A program made the position numbers and the translations under genes. DNA of 64,000 bases, from the NCBI GenBank assembly GCA_010093705.1, contig MU006107.1:3392-67391 (forward strand). The letters are read 5' to 3'. This document shows positions 12,202 to 24,013 of this stretch, piece after piece (positions within the stretch are counted from its first letter, which is position 1; every line of letters begins with the position of its first letter). The stretch comes from Patellaria atrata CBS 101060. Lineage: Eukaryota. The notes below the pieces were generated by a model, which saw only the letters and a list, made by a program, of their open reading frames with translations, did not search any database and was not told the origin of the DNA.

Positions 12202-15025
12202 CTATGCATTCACCCTCCCCAACAAGCCTCCCCTCCCCCTAGCGGTTTCCCCCTGCGCTCTCGGCGCCCTCACAGCGCCGGGTCGCGCGAGGGTATACTT
12301 CGCAAACGCCCTCGCGAGCGCCTTCTTGCAGCTGACCTTTTGCGAGCCGACGAAGGAATCGACAGCAACGGCGATAGCGCGGTCGATATCCTGCGCGGAG
12401 CAGTACTCCGAGAGACGCATCTTACAAAAAGATTCGGAGATGCGCATAATGGCTTCGAGATGGCGGACCTATCACTGGAGGTTAGTTTCAAGTTGAGTGA
12501 AAAGAGGAAAGGTTTTTATTGTCTTACGGTGATGGGATAAGCGCCGGTAGCTAAGGATTCGCGACGCATGTCTGCGAAGAGGCGCGCGATCTTGTCCTGG
12601 TCGATCTGGTATAATTTCGGCCTGCACTTCTCCCGCGCGTACAGGATGTACTTCCGCAGCAGCTCTTGGTTGATCTCGCCTTCTTGCTTTTGAACTTGGG
12701 AATCCTCCTCGCTGTCGATGTCCATGGACTGCGTCTGTGTTTGTGTCCCGTTCGCGCCCTGTGCTTGGCCTAAGGGATGTGCGCGGCCGTGAGAGTTGAC
12801 GACGAAGTTCGCGAGACGCTCGTCTTCGGTCGGGTCGACGGTATCGCGGACCACGCAGAGGATGTCGAAACGGGATAGGATCGGCTCTGTGAGCTCGACG
12901 TTCTGGCTGAAGGGGAGAGTGGAGTTATACCTCCCGCCGATCGGATTCGCGGCGGCGACAATTGCGCAACGAGCTTGCAACGTTGTTACGATGCCGGCTT
13001 TGGAGATGGAGATTGTCTGCTGTTCCATCGCCTCGTGGATGGACGTTCTATCTTGATCGTTCATCTTGTCGAACTCGTCGATGAGGCAGGTTCCCTTATC
13101 TGCGAGCACCAACGCACCGCCTTCGAGTGTCCACTCGCTGGTCATGGGATCGCGACGGACGGATGCTGTGAGACCGACAGCACTGGCGCCTTGACCGGTG
13201 GCAAATACGGCGCGGTGGGCGGTCTTCTCAATGTATTTGAGGACTTGAGATTTTGCTGTACCGGGATCTCCAAGGAGGAGGACGTTGATGTCGCCACGAA
13301 GCATGTGTCCACCTTGCGCTACTTTGCTTACACCGCCGAATAAGCTTAGGGCTACGGCAGTCTTGATATCGGTGTGACCGTATATGCTAGGAGCAATGGA
13401 GTTGATGACTTTGTCCACTATCTTAGGGTCTTTTGACAGCGCTCTGATCTCGCGTTCGTCTTCTTCAGTGAGGCGGAAGCCTGCTAACTGATCGTGAGAT
13501 TTGACGACGTAGTTTGCTTCAAGTATTGTAGCGAAGACGGGAAAGCCATTCTTGTTATTTAGAGATGCATCATAATTGTTGCGATAAATACCTGTGACTT
13601 CCACCTCTTCGCCTGGTTTCGCGGAATCGATGAGATCCCACAAGAGAATTACTTCTCTGTGACGCGGTAACCGACCCGCAGGAACCGTTCCAGGGGCTTC
13701 TTGTAATGTGAGTTTCTGGTAGTTGCGGTACACAGTCTTTTCCGAGTTCAAGGTAAAAGGACCCTTCGATTGGCAGAACTGACAGAAGGAGATCTTAACC
13801 TCAACATTTGACTCTTGGGGAAACGGCCCAAGGGTATTGCCACACTTCGTGCAGTCAAACTTAATGTATTTAAGTTGAGGGAAGACTCCACTGCGACGGG
13901 TAACAACACCACTAACGCGTACCAGACAGTTCAAGTGAGATTGACGGAGTTGACGGAGCGTATATTGGACTGGTAAATCCGTTATCCGGACGTGGATCTC
14001 CGAGTGAATGCGAGAATAATCCGGATAATGGAGAAGAGTAACATCCATGGCTACATCATCGAAGATGCTCAACATTTCCGCTGGCGCATTGGCTAAAAAG
14101 TAGGCCAGTGTAGCTTTTGACTCAGCGAGATGATCAAACGATACTTCCAAAGACTCTGCATTGACCTCGCCCAGGGTCCTAATGCGAGCGCCGTAGACTG
14201 AGGTATTGTGCTCGTCCAAGTATTCTGTAAGAAACGATCGGAACTCCCTTGTAATTGTTTTCCGCACAGCTGGTTGAGCTACCCAATCTGTAAGACTAGC
14301 TGCTTTCACGTCTTGTAGTGCTTCTAAGGATAGCTCCTCGTTGAGGATATCCTCTCCCATGTCCATATCATCTTGTTCTTCATCATACCTATGTCTTCTA
14401 CGCCTAGGTTGTCTAGTAAGATCAACCATAGCATCGTCATCATCCTCCGCTAAAAACGCTGCAGGCATTTGCCTCTGTCTTGCTAGTTCGCGATCACGGC
14501 GGTTAAGGCGTGCTTCGAGTTGCCTCCTCGTAGAAGCGTCCATCTCTTCGTAATCATCCTCATCTAGGCCTTGCTGCTCGTAAAAGTCATTTGCGCGATT
14601 TCCATAATCCTTCGTATCGAAGTTGTCGGCAAACAGATCTATGCCTGCTTCGTCCTCTGCCATTTCGTCTGCATCGTCAATATCGCCAATGAGGTCCTCA
14701 TCGGGGTCCAGACCCTCATCGTCATCCATATCTTGTGGAAACATAGGCGGGGAGGACGCAGGAGCTATTCAAAGTCTCAACAACTGTACAATAATTTACA
14801 ATTCCTATCCACTTACGACTCGATGGCGGGGCGGCTGAGGAGGACGGTAGGTCATCATCTGGCTCTCTTGATCGCTTGCGGCGGTTGAGGCTCGAAGAAC
14901 CTCTATTCGCAGCAGCCATGTTTGATCTGAGTGGCGAGCTAGAAAGGCGATTAGAACTTTATTGAGGAGAGAAACTTCAAGGAACAAAAGTCTGAAAGTG
15001 GGCAAGTGTCAAGTTCGTACCTCAT
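12202..15025 (-). CDS. MCM2: DNA replication licensing factor MCM2 (introns 14939..15020, 14765..14816, 12469..12527)
   Basis: Walker A GDPGTAKSQ, IDEFDKM, arginine finger SRFD, zinc finger, and an acidic N-terminal histone-binding region. Confidence 0.98.
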
Positions 15026-15179
15026 TGAATGTAAGAGTTAGATCCTCAACGTCGGGTCCTTTCAATTTTAATAGAAAGGAAATGTCAAGGAAATAGGTAG
15101 CAGGAAATATTGTGCGGAGTGGTTCGGCGCTGTAATTGCAGATACTCTGACTGAAGGTGGACAAAAGATGAATAAGAAG

Positions 15180-15192
15180 ACGCGCTTCGCGT
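15180..15192. promoter_or_regulatory. MCB/SCB-like CGCG elements in the MCM2/UBR7 divergent promoter
   Basis: ACGCG and TTCGCGT (ACGCGAA on -) lie about 160 bp from both start codons. G1/S elements are expected for MCM genes. Confidence 0.45.
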
Positions 15193-15343
15193 TCGTGTCA
15201 CCGCTAGTCCCAATTAGGGTATATGATTGATTTCTCGACCTCGCATCATCGTTGCAAGGCAAAAAACTACTCGTTTACAGCACCAGGATTTACCTTCATG
15301 CTTGGATATTGTGCTTTTATCTTGAATCATTTGGGAACTAATA

Positions 15344-17186
15344 ATGGCATTCAATCCGATCTCTACGACGAATGGACATGCAAAACCGCGTGCCAACAGC
15401 ATATCCCAAGCTTCTGACGATTCGCAAACAGCACAAGAGTATGTCATCTGTCGCAAACTGAGGAGATAAATGCGGGTTTACTAACGATGATGCGCAACAT
15501 AGGTTCATAAACAGTCAGCTTCAGCTCGAGGCTGATGCGCGTGAAGCACTCCCATATGTAATCCACAATGGCCAAAATGAACCTCTAGTCGATAACTAAC
15601 CATTTCAGCAATTCGATACTTGTACACAACCTCTTGGTCCACTTCGCCAGATCCTATTCTCTTGCCTCACCTGTAATCCTCCACCATCCTCTCCTGACAC
15701 CCATTACCAGCCGGCCGGCGTCTGCTACTCGTGCTCTATATCTTGTCACGGCGAACACACATTAGTGGAGCTGTTCAACAAGCGCAATTTCGTTTGCGAC
15801 TGTGGAACTACCAGGTTTCCAGAATCTTCTCCGTGTACCCTTCAGATCAACCCAGCTACCGGTACCAAGGGTGGTGTGCATAGTACCACACCTCATAGTG
15901 GCAATACGTACAACCAAAACTTTCGTAATAGATTTTGCGGTTGTGAAGAAGAATATGACGCGCATAAAGAGAGAGGTACTATGTTTCAATGTATTGGACT
16001 AGGCACGGTGGAAGACGGTGGATGTGGTGAGGATTGGTGGCATCCTGAGTGCGTCGTTGGACTCGAGCGAAGTTGGCACGAAAAAAATTCGGAAGAGAAG
16101 GCTAAAGGGCCGAAGGTTGAGGAGAAGAAGGAGCAGAAACCAGCGTTGATTCCAAGCGGGGAAGCTCAAACAGCTGATAGTGAAAAGTACACGACAGAAG
16201 CAGTAGATACTACTGTATCTGCAGATGGAGCTGGTCCAGCCAACGGTGATATTGCAACAGATAATCAACCAGAAGGAGGTATTGTCGAAGTAGAACAGGA
16301 CGACGACCCTCCTCTTCCTCCCGGATTCCCTAATGAGGACAATTTCGAGCACTTCGTCTGCTACAAATGTGTTGCAGCATTTCCTTGGATCAAACGTTAC
16401 GCGGGCTCCAAGAGCTTTCTTCCTCCCGTATTCCGCAGATCTAACGCTCCAAGCCCCGATGCATCAAATCCCATAGCGGCAAATCCTGCACCAACACCAG
16501 CACCAACTTCAGCACCCATCACACTCACCGACGGTCTTTCTAAGAAGCGAAAAGCACTTGATGACATCCAAGAAGAACCATCTTCTACCCCTGATCTGAA
16601 ACGGCAGAAGAGCTCCGATGAAGCCACTCCGAATGCCGAAAACTTTCCTACCTGCAGACTTCCCACACCTCCACCAACCCCCGACGGTCTCTTTTCTCTC
16701 TTCCTTAAAGAAGACTTCAGATCCACTCTCTGCCGCTGTGCTGACTGTTATCCACTCCTAAAACCCCACCCTGCACTCCTCGACGAAGAAGACACCTACG
16801 AGCCCCCAATGTCTGTTACCGACCCGGGTGATGGCAGCGTTGGTACCGGTAGTCTTCTTGACCGTGGCGAAGCCGCTCTTAGTAACGTCGATCGAGTCAG
16901 GGCTATCGAGGGTGTAATGGTGTACAATCATCTCAAGGACAAGGTCAAGTCATTCTTGCAGCCGTTCGCGGAGAGTGGGAAGCCGGTGGGTGCTGAAGAT
17001 ATCAAGAAATATTTTGAGGCATTGAGGGGTGATGCTGGTGGGATTGCAGCGGCTTTCGCAAGCGCTGGGGGTGGGAGTTCTAGGAATGGAGGAGAGGAGA
17101 GTGACCAGAGGAAGGAGCAAGGAGGTGAGTGTAGCTTTCATTGAGTATCCAGATTTATTATGCTGATTCTGGCTCTAGGTTATTGA
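15344..17186 (+). CDS. UBR7: UBR-box/PHD protein (UBR7, S. pombe Mlo2-like), 3 introns
   Basis: Spliced sequence LEADAREALPY-QFDTCT...GVCYSCSISCHGEHTLVELFNKRNFVCDCG, then YNQNFRNRFCGC and MFQC..CGEDWWHPEC. Confidence 0.92.
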
Positions 17187-17506
17187 GTGCAACTATGGGA
17201 ATTGCCCCAGAGAGAATTCTAGACAGTCCTGGTAACTATCATAAGACAATCTTTTCAGCTGCTTCCCAAGGGCATATATTGGGTATACCAAATCATGTAC
17301 AGCTAAGTTCCAACCAAGCAAGAATGCGTAGCCAGATATCAATGTAACCTCATTCGAGTTTAACAGCATTCAAATAGTAATTATGCCTCGGTCAGTTACT
17401 CCCTATAATAATAATATGCTAAGTAAATATACATAACAACTATAGTCGGAGAGCCGAACAAAAAGCTAAATATTAGAACAGTTCTAATAGCCTTCACATT
17501 CAAAAT

Positions 17507-17975
17507 CTAGATACTCCCCGTGAAAGTTCTAAACCTTTCCACATACTTCATATACTCCGATTCCGAAAGCTCTCGTAATATCCTTATACTCCGGTATCCA
17601 ACACTCCTTCGGCACATTAGTCTTAGAAATTTCCTAGTCCCACAAGCTATACTTCAGGTAAACCTTAACGCTCTTTTCAGTAACCGGTATTTTCACGACC
17701 TTATATCTATACGGGGGCCTTTATTAAGTCCTCTGGGCAATCTTAGAATAGTTGAAACCCACTTGGGTAAGGATCAACATGTTAGCGATCATTTATTCAC
17801 TCCAATTTCGCCGGCGTACGCGGCGCTGTGTGACTAGATTAACAGAGGAAGAAGAAGAGGAGGTCAACATGTCGCATAGTGTATCTTAAGGTTCTTGGTT
17901 AGACTTTCCGCGGTCGTCGAGGTGGAGATCCACGGCGGTACTGCTGGCAGCCGCGTTCTCTTTGAGAATGGTCAT
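17507..17975 (-). pseudogene. Two-exon orphan pseudogene (~137 codons) with three in-frame stops
   Basis: TATAAA at 18092..18087 and ATG at 17975. A phase-0 intron spans 17762..17819 (GTACGC...GCTAAC...AG). Internal stops are TAA 17886, TGA 17693 and TGA 17654, with a terminal TAG at 17507. Confidence 0.5.
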
Positions 17976-18901
17976 GGTCGAGAGGTATGATTAAGATGCT
18001 CGAGTTGAGATCTTTAAGGTGATATGTGCTATTTCAGTGATGTGATTGTTGTGTAATGGAGCAGAACAGGAGTGGGAGAAGGAGGATTTATACCAGACCT
18101 GAGGGATGCCTACAGTCAAAATCTAAGCCCTCCATCCTGATCGCGACCCAGATAAATCACTGGCAGTACAGTGTCTGCCTATGGTTTGGATTGTAATACA
18201 GTATCAGTAAGATAATTCCCCTCTAAGATGTAGAAATATGCTGAACCCATACAGCCCCAATCAGCATCAAACCCGTCAGAGGTGGATACTCCTTTTGGCC
18301 AACTGCTACAGCATATACAATCTTATGTGTTTTGAGTTGGGACAATATCATCTGGTGAAAGAATTTCCTGAATCGTGGACCAGTGGAAGAAATTGACTAT
18401 GGAACTATCCGCCACCTGGTCGTGCATCTAGAATCCAAATTCCAGGCGGTTAGTTTGAAATCCTACCGTTGTACACTCGTCAAAGCACCACGTGTCTAAG
18501 AACAAATTGTGACATGGGTAGTTCTTCGTATATTGGGCGCCTACAGCCTCCCTCGAACATACGGCTCCAATTGGAGTGTAAGTTCTAGTATGATTGTCAC
18601 TCTAAAACAACACAAAAAGCAAACTCAACTCAAAATCCACCCTCGTCCTCCGTCTCCTCATACTCCTCTCCGAAGGCCTAACCACTCACTACCACCTCGC
18701 GTTTCTTAACGATAAACTCAAAATGAAAACGCACCCTCTCCCATATGATGGAAGATCTCCTTGAATTACCTTGTTATGACGATAGTGAACAATTAGAGTG
18801 TAGCAGCGCCTCCAGCCGAAGATATGAGTTTTGAGATAGAGTTATAAGTAGGTAAGTCGCCCTCTTATGACGTGGAGTACTGATGGTATAGATTTAGCGT
18901 C

Positions 18902-19402
18902 TTAAGTGTTACATAATGGTCCCATCAAGCCAATGTTCCATTCTAAAATACTTCCCAATCTCTGTCCACTCCTCGACGAAAAAATTCTCCCGGACTGCGA
19001 TCGGTCCATGCGTGGACCACGGTATATAGCACTCGAGACAAAACCCAGTCGTCTTTGCATTGACTTCAGGATATGATTCTTTACCCTCAGAAAATTCATA
19101 GATCTCGATTGCAATGAATCTTTCCCCTCCATTTTAGAAATCTCCATCATTCCAATTGTCGCAACTGGCCATAGTGGCATTCGCGGATCAATGAATTTTC
19201 TAGACCAAGGTTGGCCGTCTTGTCTCGGTTCGCCAGATTTGTCCGCGGAGCGAGCGTTTTCCAGTTCATTTCTGAGCAGCCCCCGGGGGCGTGGATGGCA
19301 TCTTGTGGATTTTGACTGCTCTCCATATCCGTCGACAGGTGATAGAGATGTAATTTGGAAGGGATTTCTTGCCATAGCAAAGTAGGTTGTAGCTACAGTC
19401 AT
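18902..19402 (-). CDS. Hypothetical orphan protein (166 aa)
   Basis: Single ORF with AAACATG context, a CA-rich leader and a TATA-like ATAAATA about 95 bp upstream. No recognisable domain. Confidence 0.4.
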   Translation of the reverse strand: MTVATTYFAMARNPFQITSLSPVDGYGEQSKSTRCHPRPRGLLRNELENARSADKSGEPRQDGQPWSRKFIDPRMPLWPVATIGMMEISKMEGKDSLQSRSMNFLRVKNHILKSMQRRLGFVSSAIYRGPRMDRSQSGRIFSSRSGQRLGSILEWNIGLMGPLCNT

Positions 19403-21741
19403 GTTTAGCGAAGTTAGATGTGTGGATAGTACTTTGTTTGCGTGGTGGAATGATTTGGTTCTTGGAGAAGAGAATATTGTAATAGGTGAGGAGTATTTAT
19501 GTGGATGAAGAATAGGTCGACATCCTGGATCATGGAATGTCAGTCATCTACTCGTCTCCTGTAACTGTAACGTGGAGGGCTATGGGAAACGCCTCACTTT
19601 CAGGGGGCTACGGTACTACGATAACAACACATCTTTAGTGATTCGAGGAGAGTTTGTTTCTATGGGCACTGTGAGACGATACCGAGTCCTACGAAATATA
19701 CACGATAACCCCCTTTCCATCCATCTACTCAAAGCTTCCTTGGAGCCGCCCACTGATACTTCAATGGAACTCCACGTAAAAATCTACTCGCGCCAAAGCT
19801 CCACCGTGTCCCTCCTTAGTTGGTGAATCCATCACACCCAAGCCTCACTATCTGCTACACCGATCTTCGCATGCCACTTCCCATACTTACGCCGCTTAAC
19901 TCATAGCAAACATATCTTACCTACCAGTACACGTCAAGCTAGCAGTCAGAAATAGAATGCAGGTAAGCTGGTTCTATACTTGACGGAGCTACAGGAAGAG
20001 CGTCCTGCTTCTACCTCTTAAAGAGGCGGAAGAGGGTAAACAGCTTGTACTCTCGCCTCGAACTGAAGATTATGTGGTTCATCTTTATCAATCCGGATAA
20101 TGATGGCTTCAACGTTTTAGATAGCTGTGGTCTGATAGTTAGAATGTGGTTGTGGTGGTGGAGTTGTGGGAAAGTGACGAAGAGTCGTTAATATGGGAAT
20201 AGAAGAGCACGCAAGAAGTATATTCCATGATAGAGTAGGCAATATGTATCTCAACAAAATATATATTGGTATTCCAACTTTCGCTCCCTAGCAGCACACA
20301 TACAGTATGGTCCTTCACTCGCCATATCTCCTAACCTCACACTCCTCCAGCGTAGAACCCCAGTCCCGCAACAGTATGTCCATAACAAGACGTATCCATT
20401 ATCAGTCACACGAAGTCCTTTTCATTGCAACTGCTTCTTACCCGAGGAATGATTGTCCCTGCTTTCTCTGTCCTACTCCTTACGGAAGCGCCTCTGCCAA
20501 GAGGTAAAGCAAGCATGGCCCGCAAAAACACGATAACATCACAACCCAGATTGTCAAGCAAGTCTCCCGAAACCGGATCATGGTGTGAGACGGATCGTTA
20601 AGTCGTTTGGTGGTAATGAAGTGAGATTATTAAGGATTCGATGCAATATCTGGAACGACTTAGGTGCTGTTTGTTCAGGGTACTGATCGGTGACTGACTT
20701 AGACCTCAAGAGCTGATGAATAGAAATTCCGTTGGCGTGATTGTGATGGGGAGAAGGGTACGGGAATAACGACTGTGGGCATTCTGATACCGGAGACCGA
20801 GAGCACAAAAGCATTTACTCGGACGAAGCGGAGTCGGGTATTCAGGGAAGTCTGAGTGAAGTAATATACGGTTATCTTTGGCTATCATGAATGGTGTAGG
20901 TCTGCTGCGGTACATCTGGTAGGAACTAATCAAACTACCTTCATGGCCTTATTTAATATTAGTACGGCGCAGTAAGCGGTAAGACTAATGGGTGTATGCA
21001 ACGAGTGATACGAGAAAGATAATCATAAAGCTCAATCGTAGCTTAGAAGAGTGAAAAGCATCATAGTGAAGACAACTGTTTTGCTATACAGATACGTATC
21101 AAGCACTAGGTGACGAAGTCATAGAAATGTTGAACTTTTTCCCAGGACTACATATCATTGAACGTACAATTCAAAGCACGGCGGGTATATTTCCAAGGGT
21201 GAGCAAGATGTGCGCGGCATCCACAATTCCCACCGATGGCAAGAGGAATCAAAGCCGCAACCTCCTTCGAATATAGCCAAACGCTGTACAGCCGGATGCA
21301 TACGCCACATTCGGAGAATAGGGACTGAGTCAATATAACTGACTGGCCACGTGTACTCGATAAAGTAAACATTGTCGTTGGACATATCTGTAATACGGTA
21401 CAACCCGTTTCAAGGTCATTGGTGGTAAAGGTGTTCAGTGGGGAGACTATCTAGATAGAAAGTATGAAGTGCGTGAGAAGAAACTGTCAGTTAGGGAGAG
21501 GGGGTATCCCTAGGACATATATCGGAGTGGTGGTACAAGTAGGGGGTTATTTTCTTTGTCTCTTTTTTCGAGGCCAGTATGTCCTCGGCTTGATATTCGA
21601 TAGCGGATTTCTATGACTAAGTTTAGTAGGACGTCATGGTACCAACCTGGAAGTCTCAGTTTCGTAAGCTTAGATATGGACGGGAGAAAGGGATTGTCGA
21701 TGTGCTTTGATACTATCAATCATACAACATCAATCGTAAGC

Positions 21742-23688
21742 TCATATGTCCTCCTCAAACCGTCTCACAAGCAAATCTCGCTCTTGAAGATATCCCTTAA
21801 CCTGTTTCACTGTATATTCTCCTCTATGGAACTAGTGGCTGTCAGATCAAACTCACCGATTTACGACATACAACTTACCATTCCAGCGCCTAGAGCGGCA
21901 TCAGTTCTCGTTTTCTCGAAGACTTCAGCAAAGTGCGCAGGATTTCCCGCACCACTACTAGCTATCACGGGAATTTTGATAGCAGCCTTAACGTCGTTGA
22001 TGAGCTCTAGATCAAATCCGCTGTTTGTACCGTCTTTATCGATGCAATTGAGCAAAATTTCTCCTGCTCCTAAAGCTTCGACCGCTGTAACTAACTGTCG
22101 GACATCAAAGTCCCGTCCTTCCCGGCCTCCTTTGATGGTACATTGATACCAGCAATACTCCTCGCCATGGGGACCTATATTTGAAGTTTTGATAGTGTGG
22201 TGTGTGGTTGTTGAAAGGGAAGAGACATAAACACGCTTCGGGTCGACGCTGACGACTACAGCTTGGTTTCCGTAGGCAGCAGAGATTGTTTCTATAGCTG
22301 TAGTACCAAGTAGTTTCTTCCCTCTTGCATAGTACTCCTCAGCAGCAATGACGGCGTCAGATCCTATGCTCACTTTGTCCGCACCCGATTTAAAGTACAG
22401 GGTCGCCACTTCCAGGGCAGAGACCTTTGTGCCGTCCGGATCCACCATATTTCTGATGCCTCCTCCTATGGTTAGCGGAACAAAGACAGTTTCTGATGTC
22501 CGCCTAAGGATTTCCAGCATAGGAGTGTCCGCAACAGGAGAGTTACGGAACGATGTAATATTGAGGAAAGTGATTTCGTCTGCGCCTTGCTCGTAATATT
22601 TCTTTGCCATATCCACTGGCTTTCCCAAGTTCCGTACAGCCCCACCAGCAGCGTCCTTTTCACGCACATCGTATTGATCGCCTTTGGTGACAACTAAGTC
22701 TCCACTATCATTTGTTCGGACATCCAGACAGGCGATCACACGTCGAGTAAGGCCCTCCTTGGCAGATGATGCAGATGGTGTGGTTGGAAGATCCTGTATC
22801 CTTTTCCCCTCTAGGAAAGCTTTCAGTACTCTCAATCCGGCCGCACCGCTTTTCTCAGGGTGGAATTGTGTAGCTAGGACGTTATCTTTCGCAATAGCTC
22901 CCACGAATTCCTCATCACCGTACCGGGCTGTAGCAACTGTCCATCCCAGTTCTTCGAGCTCACCTTTACGGTAATGTCTAGCATATGAATGAACATAGTA
23001 GTACTTGCTGTCTGGTCTTAGTCCGAATATACTTTTGCCTGTCACATGTTCCTCTGGAGACGTGTTTGCTGAGTTCCATCCAATTTGTGGCACGCTTTTG
23101 TCCTCATCATTGAACCTCTTTAACTCCCCAGGAATGATCCCAAAGCCCGGTACTGAGGCATCTTCCTCAGATCTCTCAAATAGAGCCTGAAGACCTACAC
23201 ATATCCCCATAAATGGTTTTCCAGCGAGAATATGCTGTCGTACAGGCTCAGCGTAGCCTGCATCCGTAAATTGTCGAAGGCAATGACCAAAATGGCCAAC
23301 CCCAGGAAGAATTAGTTTCTGATATTCATGATTAGCTATAACTGGAATGAACAATTTGCTCTTCTCCCCTGCCATGACACTCCTGACTGACTGTACACTT
23401 ACATCAGGAGAATCTTCACGTTTTGCTGTAGACATCATGGAAACTCCATAATCAAATCACCATTGAACATTGCGCATGCACATATGTACAGCAAGTCTAC
23501 AGCAACCGAGGAGTGCCGAATTGACAGGGAAGGGAATAGATATTTCATGTACAAGATGAACGTACATCAGCATTAGAAACCTCGGCTGGTGACTTGATCC
23601 ATTCTACACCGTATCCGACTTTCTCGATTGCATTAACCAAAGATCGGACATTGCCTGCTACGTAATCGAGTAGGTATACAGTCGGCAT
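21742..23688 (-). CDS. HIS7: Imidazole glycerol phosphate synthase HisHF (introns 23319..23565 and ~21832..21878)
   Basis: [17 protein letters not shown] exon 1; [17 protein letters not shown] and TQFHPEKSG (glutaminase); [20 protein letters not shown] and ASSGAG (cyclase). Confidence 0.98.
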
Positions 23689-23763
23689 CATGAACAAATA
23701 TTTCGCTGTATCAATTGAACCAATTCCATTTTCTATAGCATTTTATGTTTGTTCACCACATGC

Positions 23764-23771
23764 ATGACTCA
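23764..23771. promoter_or_regulatory. Gcn4/CpcA (cross-pathway control) binding site
   Basis: ATGACTCA about 77 bp upstream of the HIS7 ATG; the canonical element for amino-acid biosynthesis genes. Confidence 0.7.
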
Positions 23772-24013
23772 ATATATTCTTGATCTTTTCTGCCGCGATA
23801 TCGCGCCCCTCTATTCCAAATATGGGAAGGCGGTGGATGTAACAGCTCCAAGGGGTTCTTCGTGATAGGGGTAATTTTCCTCTGTATTATCTATTCAGGT
23901 CGAATCAAATCTGTATTCAAACCTGCTTATCACCACCCGGCTCATAGTCGACCGCTGATGTCGCCCAGAAAAGAGGTGACAATATGGACGTCAACTTGAA
24001 CGTTTCTATGAAT

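Noticed and set aside
23319..23565. TPP riboswitch or C/D snoRNA in the HIS7 intron
   Set aside because: No CUGAGA TPP core. The C-box-like AUGAUGU is imperfect and only about 25 nt from CUGA, too short for a typical snoRNA.
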